Below are positions 20,965 to 34,393 of a stretch of 64,000 nucleotides of DNA, one piece after another. The translations under genes were made by a program, and so were the position numbers. Source of the stretch: Candidatus Latescibacterota bacterium (GTDB lineage: Bacteria > Latescibacterota > UBA2968 > UBA8231); assembly GCA_965203355.1 (NCBI GenBank), contig OZ241889.1:3264001-3328000 (forward strand), read 5' to 3'. The first letter of the stretch is position 1; each line of letters starts with the position of its first letter. The notes under the pieces are model-generated. The model made no database searches, had not been told where the DNA came from, and saw only the letters and a program-made list of their open reading frames with translations.

Positions 20965-21189
20965 ATGCCCGCCTCCCATCTCGAGTTTCACGTGGAAGAA
21001 CGTTCCATGGAAGCATTTCTCACCGCCTGGTTGCCGCGCATCGAACGCCTCAAGGTGCGGAATTTCCGCGCACGGCGCGAGGTCGAGCTAAAAAACCTGA
21101 CGCCGCTTACAACAGGCGGTGCAAGCAGCCGCATGAGCTGCGTACATCATAGTCTTGCGTACCTTAGCGTACGCAAGCGAGGGTACTAA
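20965..21189 (+). pseudogene. Truncated DUF4276-like TOPRIM gene fused to a duplicated ATPase fragment
   Basis: HLEFHVEERSMEAFL start typical of AAA_21 partners, then [10 protein letters not shown]..., copied from the upstream gene. Confidence 0.7.
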
Positions 21190-21192
21190 CCC

Positions 21193-22932
21193 ATGACGAT
21201 CAGCGACGAGGACATTCGCCGACAGTTGCGGTTGGGTGAAGATAGCCGCTGGGAATTCAAGCAGATCGAATTCAACGGCGACACCCCCACCAGCCCCCGC
21301 CGAGACGATCTGGCCGATGAACTGGCCGCGTTCGCCAACGCGAATGGGGGCGTGCTCCTGTGCGGCGTATCCGACGACGGACGAGTCAAGGGCATGTCCC
21401 GAAAACAAATAGAAGCGCTCGACCGCCTGTTGGTGGAAGTCAGCACCGACGCCATCGAACCCGCTCTCCGCATCCAAGTTTACCATCGGGAGCTCGATAA
21501 AAGAGCCTTCGTGCTCGCGGAAGTGCCGCGAGGCGACGCTGTTTACGAACGGGACGGGCGCGCGTTCATCCGGGTTGGTTCAACCAAGCGCCGCCTTGAA
21601 GGCAACGAACGCCTGCGGCTGGCACAGAACCGCGCCCAGAGCCGCTATTTGTGGTTCGACAAGCAGGTCGTGCCGCAGACGGGCTTCGAGACGTTTAGCG
21701 AGCGTCTGTGGGAACCGCTGCTCAGCGTGTCTGGAGCGACGGACCCTCGCCGGGGATTGCTGAACCTTCGCCTGTTGGCGCAGGATGAAGCCGGTGTGGT
21801 CCGAGCAACGGTTGCCGGCGTATTGCTTTGTGCCCAGTCGCCGCAAGAATGGTTGCCGCAAGCCACCATTGTGGCAACACACTATCGTGGAGCCGATCGG
21901 GCCTCCGGTCAGTTGGACGCACAGGAAATTGTCGGGCCATTACCCGCCCAGATCACCGACGCGGTGAAGTTCGTCGCACGCAATATGCGCGTTGCTGCGC
22001 GCAAGGTGCCGCAACGCGAGGACCTGCCCCAGTATAGTACAGCCGCGGTGTTTGAAGCGGTAGTGAACGCAGTTGCACACCGCGACTACTCCATGTCCTC
22101 ACGGCGGATCAGACTTTCGATGTTTAAGGACCGCCTCGAGATCGACTCGCCCGGTCAACTTCCCAATGGCATGACCCTAGAAGGCATGGAAGTAAGCCAA
22201 GCCACCCGCAACGAAGTGATCGCTTCCGTATTCGGCAGAATTCCCGTTGGCGAGGTGCCCGGATCAAACCATCGCCGGTACTTGATGGAACGTCGGGGAG
22301 ACGGGGTCTCGATCATCCACAAGGAGACCCGGGAAACCGCCGGTGTCCGGCCGGCATACAAAGTCGTTGACGCATCCAACGTCGTGCTGAGCATCCCCGC
22401 TGCCAAACTCGAACTCACCCCCGCCGACGCAACGGTCGCGGTCCACTCCAAAGGAGTGCCTCTACCCGGAGTCGAGGTTTTGGCCCTCTTTCCGAACAAG
22501 ACGTGGCAGCGGTCCACTACCGACGAGGCTGGCGAAGCAGCCCTTGAGCTGCATACGACGCATCTGCCGATGACCGTTTACGCGGCGGCTCCGGGGTATG
22601 CGGCGGGGCTTGAACGGGAGTGGAGTCCGCACAAGGGCGGTCTGCGGCTGGAACTCGGGCCGCTCCCGGCCGGAGGTGCGGCCATATTCCCCCAAGCCAC
22701 CGGGCACCTCCCCGGCCTGCGCGGGCGGCTAAACCCAATACGCGATACGTCCGACCGGACTTATCTGTACGCAGACAATATCGCCATTGAGGAGGGCCGA
22801 CAGCAGCCGGTGCCTTTTCGGCTCGGCAAGGCAATGCAGCTTACGGACGCTTATGGTGCTGAATTGTCGATAACCATCATTGACATCGTCGGACATTCCG
22901 CATTGGTGGAATATCGGTCGCTCAAGCCATGA
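21193..22932 (+). CDS. Schlafen/AlbA_2 + RecG_C/HATPase_c_4 protein with a beta-rich C-terminal extension
   Basis: [40 protein letters not shown]. Confidence 0.85.
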   Translation: MTISDEDIRRQLRLGEDSRWEFKQIEFNGDTPTSPRRDDLADELAAFANANGGVLLCGVSDDGRVKGMSRKQIEALDRLLVEVSTDAIEPALRIQVYHRELDKRAFVLAEVPRGDAVYERDGRAFIRVGSTKRRLEGNERLRLAQNRAQSRYLWFDKQVVPQTGFETFSERLWEPLLSVSGATDPRRGLLNLRLLAQDEAGVVRATVAGVLLCAQSPQEWLPQATIVATHYRGADRASGQLDAQEIVGPLPAQITDAVKFVARNMRVAARKVPQREDLPQYSTAAVFEAVVNAVAHRDYSMSSRRIRLSMFKDRLEIDSPGQLPNGMTLEGMEVSQATRNEVIASVFGRIPVGEVPGSNHRRYLMERRGDGVSIIHKETRETAGVRPAYKVVDASNVVLSIPAAKLELTPADATVAVHSKGVPLPGVEVLALFPNKTWQRSTTDEAGEAALELHTTHLPMTVYAAAPGYAAGLEREWSPHKGGLRLELGPLPAGGAAIFPQATGHLPGLRGRLNPIRDTSDRTYLYADNIAIEEGRQQPVPFRLGKAMQLTDAYGAELSITIIDIVGHSALVEYRSLKP

Positions 22933-23071
22933 GGCGGTTGTTTGCAGTGCTGGGGATCGGGCTGCCCGGTTTGTCGCCGAGCGCAGAGGCGGGAATGGTC
23001 CCCACCGCGTCCATTCGCAAGCACGTTCCGCACGTGGCCGCGCTTCCTCGGCTGCAACCCAAAGGTTAGAC

Positions 23072-26209
<3,138 letters not shown>

Positions 26210-26244
26210 CGCCAGCGCGATCACACCCCAAAGAAAGGAATCCC

Positions 26245-27048
26245 ATGCGCGTCATTCTCTTTGTCATCGACGGACTGCGGCCCGACGGTCTCCAACAGGC
26301 CGCCACCCCCTGCATGGACCGCTTAATCCGCCAAGGAGCCAGCACCTATACCGCCCGCACGGTGATGCCTTCGGCCACCTTGCCCTGCCACACCTCCATG
26401 TTTCGCGGCGTTCCCCCACAGCGGCACGGCATCATCACCAACACCTATGTGCCCCAAGTCAGACCCGTGCCCAGCCTAGTCGACGTGCTGCACCAAGCGG
26501 GCAAGCGCACGGCGTTCTTCTACAACTGGGAGCCATTGCGCGATCTGGCGGACCCAGGCTCGCTGGACCGCTCGTACTATATGAACAACTGCCACGAGCC
26601 AGATGGCGATGGGGAACTGGCCCGTTTGGCCGCGGCGACGCTGCGCCAATGGACGCCCGATTTCGCCTTTGTCTATCTAGGCGGCACCGATGTAGCAGGG
26701 CACGACCACGGCTGGATGTCGGCCCAATATCTGGCCGCTGTTGGGCGGGCCGATGCGGCCATTGGCGCGGTGTTGGCAGCGGTTGACCCCGCCGAGACCA
26801 CCGTCATCGTCACCAGCGATCACGGCGGGCACGAGCGCACCCACGGCACGGAAATGGACGAGGACATGACCATTCCATGGGTGATCGCCGGGCCGCCAGT
26901 ACCCACCGGGCGGCCCTTGCAAGAGCCGGTGAACATCATCGACAACCCGACGACCATTGCCGCTTTGCTCGCCGTGGCACCGGCGCGGGACTGGGCCGGA
27001 CGAGTCGTGCGGGAAGCCATAAGCGGCGACAGCCGTCAACGAACTTGA
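26245..27048 (+). CDS. Alkaline phosphatase superfamily phosphodiesterase
   Basis: IDGLRPD, PSATLPCH, DVAGH, TSDHGG. Confidence 0.85.
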   Translation: MRVILFVIDGLRPDGLQQAATPCMDRLIRQGASTYTARTVMPSATLPCHTSMFRGVPPQRHGIITNTYVPQVRPVPSLVDVLHQAGKRTAFFYNWEPLRDLADPGSLDRSYYMNNCHEPDGDGELARLAAATLRQWTPDFAFVYLGGTDVAGHDHGWMSAQYLAAVGRADAAIGAVLAAVDPAETTVIVTSDHGGHERTHGTEMDEDMTIPWVIAGPPVPTGRPLQEPVNIIDNPTTIAALLAVAPARDWAGRVVREAISGDSRQRT

Positions 27049-27112
27049 CCCACGATCAACAAAGGCCCTTTATTGTGCCGTCCATCCCGACCCCATGCTA
27101 GGCGGTAACTGT

Positions 27113-28387
27113 ATGAGAGCAATGACGCGGCGCATGCTGCTCCGTGCCGGCCTTAGCGGTTGCTTGGTTGCCCCTTGGTGGTACGCCGTGCGGGCCTTTG
27201 CCGACCGCCCCGCATCGGGCGTGACCGACACCGAGATCCTCCTCGGCATGTCGGCCGCGTTCTCCGGCCCGTCCCGGGGCTTGGGCATCGAACTCTATCG
27301 AGGGGCCGGCGCGTATTTTACCCACGTAAATCAGCAAGGCGGCATAGCGGGCCGCACCGTACAGGTCAAAGCCTATGACGATGGCTATCAGCCTGGCCCT
27401 TCGGTCAAAAACACCATGAAGCTGATGCTCGACGATCAGGTGTTTCTGCTGTTCGGTTACGTTGGTACGCCCACGGTGACGCGGGTATTGCCCATCCTCA
27501 AAAAATTCCAAGACCGGAATATCCTGCTGTTTTTCCCTTTCACCGGTGCCCAACCCCAACGCGAACCACCCTATGGCACCTTCGCCTTTAATCTGCGCGC
27601 CTCCTACCGCCAAGAGACAGCCGGTCTAGTCGATAATTTCGTGCGCATCAACCGGCGGCGCATTGCCGTGTTCTATCAAGCCGATGCGTACGGCCGCAGT
27701 GGCTGGGCCGGGGTGCGCAGCGCCCTGAAAAAGCACGGCGAACAAATCGTCGGCGAAGCCACGTATCGGCGCGGCGAGCGATTCACCAGCACCATGCGCC
27801 AACAGGTCGAAATCCTCAAGGAAGCCAAGCCCCAAGCGGTAATCTGCATCGGTGCCTATGCGGCCTGCGCGGCCTTTGCCCGCGATGCCGTCGATCTCGG
27901 TCTAGCGGTGCCTTTTGCCAACCTGTCCTTCGTTGGCAGCGAAAATCTCCTCAAGCTGCTTACCGAAGGCCGCGACGACGACCAGCGCTACACCGAGTGG
28001 CTGGTAAACTCCCAAGTGGTGCCCAGTTACGAGGATACCTCTATACCCGCGGTCCAAGAGTACCGCGGCCTGATGGACCGCTACGCCCCACAGCCGCCAG
28101 CCGAACTGTTGCAAGACCCCTATACGCCTTTTGACTACAGCTTCGTCAGCCTCGAAGGCTTTCTCAACGCCAAGCTCATGGTCGAAATTTTGCACCGGCT
28201 CGGGGCCGAGCCACAGCGCGGTCAACTCGAAGAGGCCGTGTTCTCGGTCGCGGACTTCGATCTGGGCCTTGGCGAACAGGTCTCCTTTGGTCCCGCCCGG
28301 CGCCAAGGCCTCCAGCGAGTGTACTACACGGTGGTCGATGCCGGTCGTTTTGTCCCCTTAGACGATTGGCACGCTCGGTTTGCCTGA
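27113..28387 (+). CDS. Type 1 periplasmic binding protein (LivJ-like) with a Tat-like signal
   Basis: TRRMLL, GVTDTEILLG, YDDGY, GYVGTPT. Confidence 0.85.
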   Translation: MRAMTRRMLLRAGLSGCLVAPWWYAVRAFADRPASGVTDTEILLGMSAAFSGPSRGLGIELYRGAGAYFTHVNQQGGIAGRTVQVKAYDDGYQPGPSVKNTMKLMLDDQVFLLFGYVGTPTVTRVLPILKKFQDRNILLFFPFTGAQPQREPPYGTFAFNLRASYRQETAGLVDNFVRINRRRIAVFYQADAYGRSGWAGVRSALKKHGEQIVGEATYRRGERFTSTMRQQVEILKEAKPQAVICIGAYAACAAFARDAVDLGLAVPFANLSFVGSENLLKLLTEGRDDDQRYTEWLVNSQVVPSYEDTSIPAVQEYRGLMDRYAPQPPAELLQDPYTPFDYSFVSLEGFLNAKLMVEILHRLGAEPQRGQLEEAVFSVADFDLGLGEQVSFGPARRQGLQRVYYTVVDAGRFVPLDDWHARFA

Positions 28388-29100
28388 TGGTGATAAAAGT
28401 CCAAAAGCTCTTTAAGAAAACCCTGTTCGGCGTCTTTGCCCTATTCGGCTTGATCGGCCTATCGACCTCCATTCTGTGCGTCTATACCGTGGATACGCAC
28501 CTATCGGCCGAATACGAGAGCAACAGCCGCGACATTGCCAAGACCATCGCCGATTCCAGCGTGGACATTCTCTTAAATCGCGACTTGTCGGCGTTGCAGT
28601 CGCTCATCGACCAGTTCGTCGAGATTCAGGGCATCAAGTACATCTACATCACCGACGAATCCGGCGAATTTATCGCCCACACTTTTGTGCCCGGCATTCC
28701 CGCAGAAATTCGCGCCAGCGATCCGTTTAACATGGAAACGGTGGAGCGCAGCCTGCCTAAAATGGGCGATTTCGTCGAAGTGGGCAGCCCGATTCTCGCC
28801 GGCGTGGCCGGCACGGTCCACGTGGGTATGGACACTGGTTTGATCGCGCTAAAAATTCAACGCGCCATTGGCCAGCAGGTTTACCTGTTCTCCATCATCC
28901 TCGTCGTCGGCGTCTTTGCGGCCATCTGGTTGGTGAACCTAGCGGCCAAGCCGCTGGGCGCACTCTTGGGCTACGCCGTGCGCGTAGCTCGCGATGAGCA
29001 ACCTGCGGACGACGACCTGCTGACGCGCGACGACGAAGCCGGACACCTAGCGCGACTCTTCCGCTACGTTGCCGACAAAGAGCGGAGTAGATCCGATTGA
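28387..29100 (+). CDS. Two-TM sensor with a HAMP domain and no output domain
   Basis: TM, Cache-like loop, TM, then KPLGAL...RDDEAGHLARLF and stop. Confidence 0.75.
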   Translation: MVIKVQKLFKKTLFGVFALFGLIGLSTSILCVYTVDTHLSAEYESNSRDIAKTIADSSVDILLNRDLSALQSLIDQFVEIQGIKYIYITDESGEFIAHTFVPGIPAEIRASDPFNMETVERSLPKMGDFVEVGSPILAGVAGTVHVGMDTGLIALKIQRAIGQQVYLFSIILVVGVFAAIWLVNLAAKPLGALLGYAVRVARDEQPADDDLLTRDDEAGHLARLFRYVADKERSRSD

Positions 29101-30407
29101 GATCTAGGGAACATGGCGCAACAATGCCGCGCGTGCTTATGGTGCTGTTCTGCACGGTCCTGCAGGTCTGTTTTGGCACGGTGTACGCGTGGAGCTTCTT
29201 CCAGACGCTCTTGGTGCGGCAGTTGGGCTGGTCATTCACCGAGACGGCTTGGGCTTTCAGCCTGACGATCCTCTCGCTCGGCACTTCGGCGGCTTGGGCC
29301 GGCGCCCGGCTACCAAAGGTCGGGCCGCGGCGCTTGGCCGTGACCGGCAGCGTCCTGTTCTCGGCTGGCTATATGCTGGCGAGTCTGGCCCTGCGCTGGG
29401 ACGCGCTCGCGCTGTTTTACGTGGGATACGGCGTCATTGGCGGGGCGGGCATTGGCCTGGGCTACGTCACGCCCGTGGCGACGGTGGCCAAGTGGTTCCC
29501 GGACAAAAAGGGCTTGGCGACCGGCATTGTCGTCATGGGGTTCGGGGTGGGGGCTTTGCTGTTGAGTAAGGGCCTAGCCCCCCTGCTAGTCTCCCACTTA
29601 GAAGGCGATCTGTCCCGCGTCTTCTTGGGGCTTGGGATAATTTTCGCCATCGTCCTCATCCCTTGCAGCTTGCTGTTGAGCAATCCCCCGGCCGCCGCTG
29701 AAGCGGTCGCCGCACAAACGCCCGCCGACGAGTCCGCCTCGGTCGCGCCGTACCTGCGCTCCTCTGAGTTCGCCCTCATGTGGATCGTCTTCTTCTTCAA
29801 CATCGCCGCGGGCATCTCGGTCATCAGCTTTCAGTCGGAACTCCTGCAAGAGGTTTGGGGGTTGGCCGATCCAACCGTCGAGCCGGCCACGCTGGCCGAC
29901 TATGGCGCCACGCTGATCGCCGTCAGTTCGCTGTGCAATGGCGTGGGGCGGCTGTTCTGGGGCTTGCTCTCGGATCGGTTGGGGCGCGTCCAAGTCTTCA
30001 GGATTCTGCTCGCCAGCCAAATGGTCGTGTTTGGCATTTTGATGACCGAGCGCAACCCTTGGGTCTTTTCGGTTCTCATTTGTTACGTCCTCTTGTGCTT
30101 TGGCGGCGGCTTTGCCACCATGCCCTCTTTCGTGCTCGACGTTTTTGGCCCGCAAAAGATGTCGACGATGTACGGGACCATTTTGACGGCTTGGGCCGCG
30201 GCCGGGATTTGCGGGCCCCTGTACGTGGGGTATCTCAAGGATCAATATCCCGACCGGGCGTTCATCTATTGCTTCCTAATCGGCATTCTGATGCTTGGGC
30301 TTGGCTACGTATTCTCGTATTTGTTAAGCGACGATCGCATTCGCCTCCGTCGGCCCACCGCCGAGGATACGCTGCGCCAGTATGGCATTTTGCCCCAAGG
30401 TAGCTGA
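29097..30407 (+). CDS. OFA-family MFS transporter (oxalate/formate antiporter-like)
   Basis: GTVYAWS, KWFPDKKGLATG, NGVGRLFWG..SD; alternative ATG at 29124. Confidence 0.9.
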   Translation: MRSREHGATMPRVLMVLFCTVLQVCFGTVYAWSFFQTLLVRQLGWSFTETAWAFSLTILSLGTSAAWAGARLPKVGPRRLAVTGSVLFSAGYMLASLALRWDALALFYVGYGVIGGAGIGLGYVTPVATVAKWFPDKKGLATGIVVMGFGVGALLLSKGLAPLLVSHLEGDLSRVFLGLGIIFAIVLIPCSLLLSNPPAAAEAVAAQTPADESASVAPYLRSSEFALMWIVFFFNIAAGISVISFQSELLQEVWGLADPTVEPATLADYGATLIAVSSLCNGVGRLFWGLLSDRLGRVQVFRILLASQMVVFGILMTERNPWVFSVLICYVLLCFGGGFATMPSFVLDVFGPQKMSTMYGTILTAWAAAGICGPLYVGYLKDQYPDRAFIYCFLIGILMLGLGYVFSYLLSDDRIRLRRPTAEDTLRQYGILPQGS

Positions 30408-30420
30408 ACGGCGGGCCACT

Positions 30421-31599
30421 TCACGCCACCGTCTGAAACCGCTCCCACGCCTCGCCCGCGGCCGCTGCACGGCGCTCCAGCTCGCTGCGCCAACCCGCGA
30501 CTTCCCCGGCTTTAATGCGCTGGATATCAAACCCCGCGTACCGATCTTCGAGCGTGTCCCCTAACTTTTGGGTCTCGGCCCAACGCTCCCACGCGGTCTT
30601 CATCCACTCGTGCGGCAAGGCATCGCGCACCGCTGGATCGAGTTGCCACGCATTGCGCGCGTCCGCCACGGACGGCTCTCCAGTGAACGGACCCGACCAC
30701 TTGGACCAGCCGATAGACAAGGTGTTGCGCTCGCGCTCGGGGACCGTGTGCCCGGTGTGGATCGCGACCCCATTGCGGATGAGGGCTTCCCCGGGCTTGA
30801 GCCGGATCGCCACCTGGCCCGGCAAGGGGTCCTTCCCGTTCCAACTCGGCGTGTGCGGCACCCCTTGGTCCTTCATGGATTGCGGCAAGAGCACATCGTG
30901 CTCAAACGGCGTGCGCCAGCGCTCGTGGCTGCCCGGGATGAGTTCGTGGCACTCGTCGTCCACCAGCGCCAAGAACATGCTCACGCCGTTCCGCTCGGCG
31001 AGCGACCGGGCGTTGTTGGCGCGAATTGCTGCCCAGCGAACCTTTTCGACTTCTTCGGAAAAATCCGCCGGGCGGTCCCCGCGGTTGTCCTGTTGCGAAA
31101 AATAGGGCTTGCCCGTGCCCCACCACGTCACATCGCGGTGCCAACTCGGCCCATTCTCGTGCCGCCGCGGATTGCACCACAGCAGCATACCGCTCATCAC
31201 CATATCCTCAGGCCCAAGCCCATGACACCACGAGGCCACGAAATCGAGGAAATCGTCCGAGCCGTGGAACTCGGCAAAGCAAGGCTCCTTAAAAGCGGGA
31301 TGGACCAGGCCGCGAATCGCCCACGGCTCATGGCCAGCCGCGCGATGCACGTAGCCTCTTGAGCAGTCGATCTGGCTGTAGCCGTGCTCGGGGGCGCAGG
31401 CCTCGGTGACGCGGCGACCGGCCGCGCGCAGAATGGGGATCCACGGGCTATCGACAAAGTCGGTGATGATGACGAAACCATGCTCCCGCAAGTGTTCCAA
31501 CCGCTCGGGCGTGGCCCCGCGAGCGGCGAGTTCGGGCTTGGCGTCGGCAAAAGCTGTGGCGCGGTAGGTCTGCTGGGACGGAGCTTGATCGGTCGTCAT
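30421..31599 (-). CDS. PhyH-like Fe/2OG dioxygenase
   Basis: WHRD, IPGSH, LKPGEA...H. Confidence 0.75.
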   Translation of the reverse strand: MTTDQAPSQQTYRATAFADAKPELAARGATPERLEHLREHGFVIITDFVDSPWIPILRAAGRRVTEACAPEHGYSQIDCSRGYVHRAAGHEPWAIRGLVHPAFKEPCFAEFHGSDDFLDFVASWCHGLGPEDMVMSGMLLWCNPRRHENGPSWHRDVTWWGTGKPYFSQQDNRGDRPADFSEEVEKVRWAAIRANNARSLAERNGVSMFLALVDDECHELIPGSHERWRTPFEHDVLLPQSMKDQGVPHTPSWNGKDPLPGQVAIRLKPGEALIRNGVAIHTGHTVPERERNTLSIGWSKWSGPFTGEPSVADARNAWQLDPAVRDALPHEWMKTAWERWAETQKLGDTLEDRYAGFDIQRIKAGEVAGWRSELERRAAAAGEAWERFQTVA

Positions 31600-31769
31600 G
31601 TTGCACTCTCTCTTTCGGCGGATGGGAAGGTTGGCCTTGTTGGCGGACCTAAGCTACGTTTGGCCTCATTGGCTTGTCAATGGACTTTAGGTAGTGGAAC
31701 TTCCTGCGTTATATTTCGTTATATTCTCAAAATTCAAACCATGCAGGCGACCATTTCCCCTCCGTGCCC

Positions 31770-33113
31770 ATGCCAGCTCCCAACATCGTCTATATCCACT
31801 CGCACGACACCGGCCGCTACGTCCAGCCCTACGGCCATGCCATACCCACGCCGCACATCCAGCAGCTAGCCGAGGAAGGCGTCCTCTTCCGCCAAGCCTT
31901 TTGCGCCAACCCCACCTGCTCGCCTAGCCGCGCCTGCCTACTCACCGGCCAGTGGGCCCATTCCTGCGGCATGACCGGCTTGGTCAATCGCGGCTGGACC
32001 TTGCCCCATCCTGAACGGCTGCTGACCCATGCCCTGCAAAAGGCCGGTTACACCACGGCCCTGGCCGGCCTCCAGCACGTGGTCGCGGACATTAACGACG
32101 CCGGCTTCACCCGCCTATTGCCCCAAGAAGCACCCGATGTCCAGACCGAGGACCGGGCCGCGGCCTTCTTAGCCGAAGATCATCGCACCCCGTTCTATTT
32201 AGACGTGGGCTTTGGCGAAACCCACCGCCAGCGGCGCGGTTTCGCGCCCCAGCCCCACGACGAGGCCCCCACCGATCCGCGCTATGTGCGTCCAGCCGCG
32301 CCTTTCCCGGATACCCCCGAGACGCGCCGCGACATGGCCGCCTACATGGATGCGGCCCGCACCCTCGACGCCAAAATGGGCTGCGTCTTCGCCGCCCTGC
32401 AAGACCACGGCCTGGCCGACAATACCCTCGTCATTTGCACCACCGACCACGGCATTGCCTTCCCGACCATGAAGTGCAACCTCACCGACCACGGCCTGGG
32501 CGTCATGCTAGTCATGCGCGGCCCAAGCGGCTTTAGCGGCGGCCAAGTACTCGATGCCTTAGTCAGCCAAGTCGATATCTATCCAACGGTCTGCGCCCTA
32601 GCCGGCATTGCATCGCCCGATCGCGTACAAGGCACCTCGATCCTGCCCCTGATAAACGGCCAAGCGCACGCAATCCGCCGCGAAATTTTCGCCGAAGTGA
32701 ACTACCACACCTACTACGAACCCCAGCGCTGCATCCGCACCGCGCGCTTCAAGTACATCCGCCGCTTTGACGCGCGTCAGTACCCGGTCATGCCCCACTG
32801 CGACGACAGCCCGACCAAAGACTATTTTATCGACCAAGGTTGGCGGCAACGCCCGCTAGCGCGCGAACAACTCTACGACTTAGTGTTCGACCCGCACGAA
32901 ACCCATAACTTGGCCGCAGACCCCCATTGTCAAGCTCGGCTAGCCGGGCTGCGCCAACGCCTCGACCAATGGATGCAAGACACCGACGATCCCCTAGCCC
33001 ACGGACGCCCCGTAGTGCCGCCCGTTACGGCGGTAGTCAACGATCCCGATGCCCGTTCAGCCTCGGAGCCGCACCACCCGGCCCGCGAATTTTTGGGCAT
33101 TTATCCAGCGTGA
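31770..33113 (+). CDS. Formylglycine-dependent sulfatase
   Basis: CSPSR..LLTG motif, TTDHG, EQLYDL..DP.E..NLA. Confidence 0.92.
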   Translation: MPAPNIVYIHSHDTGRYVQPYGHAIPTPHIQQLAEEGVLFRQAFCANPTCSPSRACLLTGQWAHSCGMTGLVNRGWTLPHPERLLTHALQKAGYTTALAGLQHVVADINDAGFTRLLPQEAPDVQTEDRAAAFLAEDHRTPFYLDVGFGETHRQRRGFAPQPHDEAPTDPRYVRPAAPFPDTPETRRDMAAYMDAARTLDAKMGCVFAALQDHGLADNTLVICTTDHGIAFPTMKCNLTDHGLGVMLVMRGPSGFSGGQVLDALVSQVDIYPTVCALAGIASPDRVQGTSILPLINGQAHAIRREIFAEVNYHTYYEPQRCIRTARFKYIRRFDARQYPVMPHCDDSPTKDYFIDQGWRQRPLAREQLYDLVFDPHETHNLAADPHCQARLAGLRQRLDQWMQDTDDPLAHGRPVVPPVTAVVNDPDARSASEPHHPAREFLGIYPA

Positions 33114-33139
33114 ATAACGCAATGAGGAGGTTTGTTCCC

Positions 33140-34387
33140 ATGAGTACATTCAGGAAATTCCACATCGTGCTGCTGGCGACTTTCTTCGCAGCGTGCGGCG
33201 AGGACGAACCGCTCGGCTTTGAGGCCGGGCCGCTCGGCGCGGTCGAGGTAGGCGAGGCCGTGCAGATCCGTTCGTTGTTCTCGCTCACGCACGTGTCCTC
33301 GCTCGGCGCGGCGTTGCGGTACGGCGTCGAGTTGGCCGCGCGCGACTTCGGTGCCATCCACAATCGCGCCATCGACCTCGGCGAGTCGCTGGACAGCATG
33401 TGCTCGCCCGAGGGGGGCCGCGCCGGCGCCGAGCAAATCATCGCCGATCCGCAGGTGATAGGGGTCGTCGGCACATCGTGCTCGGCCGCGGCCGTGGCGG
33501 CCTCACCCGTGATCAGCGAGGCGGGCCTGGTGATAATCTCGCCGTCCAACACCTCGCCTTTGCTCACGTCCGACCTCGCCGGCAACGCCAACCCCAACTA
33601 CCACCCCGGCTATTTCCGCACGGCTAACAACGACCTCTATCAGGCGCGCGCCGTCGCCGACTTCGCCTACGGTGAATTGGGCCTGCGGCGCATGGTGGCC
33701 GTTGACGATGGCGATCCGTACACGACAGCTCTCGTCAGCGCGTTTGGCGATGCCTTCCGCGCCCTCGGCGGCGAGATCGCGGCCACCGCCCGCATCGACA
33801 AGGGCACCATGGACGTGACGCCCGTCCTCGCGGCATTCGCGGAAGCCGCGCCAGACGGCATCTTCTTTCCGCTCTTTGAAGCGGAAGGCACGCTTTTCGC
33901 CGAGGCGGCACCCGCGTTCGACGGGCTGGAGGACGCGGTGCTCATTACCGGCGCGGCCCTCTTCGTATCCGGGTTTCTCGGCACACCGCAGTCCGAGGGC
34001 ATGTACTTCGCCGGGCCAGAGGCGGACCACGGCCCCAATGTCAATGGAGCGACCGGCAAAAATGCGGACGAAGTGCTCGCCGCCTATGAAGCCACGTACG
34101 GCGAGTCGCCTACTTCTCCGTACTGGGCGCATGCGTACGACGCCACCACGGTGCTGCTTAGCACCATCCAATCCGTTGCCGTGGAAAAAGACGGGAAGTT
34201 GTATGTGGACCGCGCCGCCCTGCGCGAGGAGCTCGGGGCGACAGCCGGCTTTCAGGGCCTTATCGGCGCACTCTCCTGCGACGATTTTGGCGACTGCGGC
34301 ACCGGACGCATCAACATCTACCACCACGCGGACGCGCGCGTCACCGATCCGGCACAAGTGCCGGTGGTTTACGAGTTTGCGCCCTGA
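33140..34387 (+). CDS. Branched-chain amino acid-type ABC substrate-binding lipoprotein
   Basis: GAGGAGG RBS, lipobox FAAC, GTSCS, SPSNT, YFRTANND, AYDA. Confidence 0.88.
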   Translation: MSTFRKFHIVLLATFFAACGEDEPLGFEAGPLGAVEVGEAVQIRSLFSLTHVSSLGAALRYGVELAARDFGAIHNRAIDLGESLDSMCSPEGGRAGAEQIIADPQVIGVVGTSCSAAAVAASPVISEAGLVIISPSNTSPLLTSDLAGNANPNYHPGYFRTANNDLYQARAVADFAYGELGLRRMVAVDDGDPYTTALVSAFGDAFRALGGEIAATARIDKGTMDVTPVLAAFAEAAPDGIFFPLFEAEGTLFAEAAPAFDGLEDAVLITGAALFVSGFLGTPQSEGMYFAGPEADHGPNVNGATGKNADEVLAAYEATYGESPTSPYWAHAYDATTVLLSTIQSVAVEKDGKLYVDRAALREELGATAGFQGLIGALSCDDFGDCGTGRINIYHHADARVTDPAQVPVVYEFAP

Positions 34388-34393
34388 TGCGGA

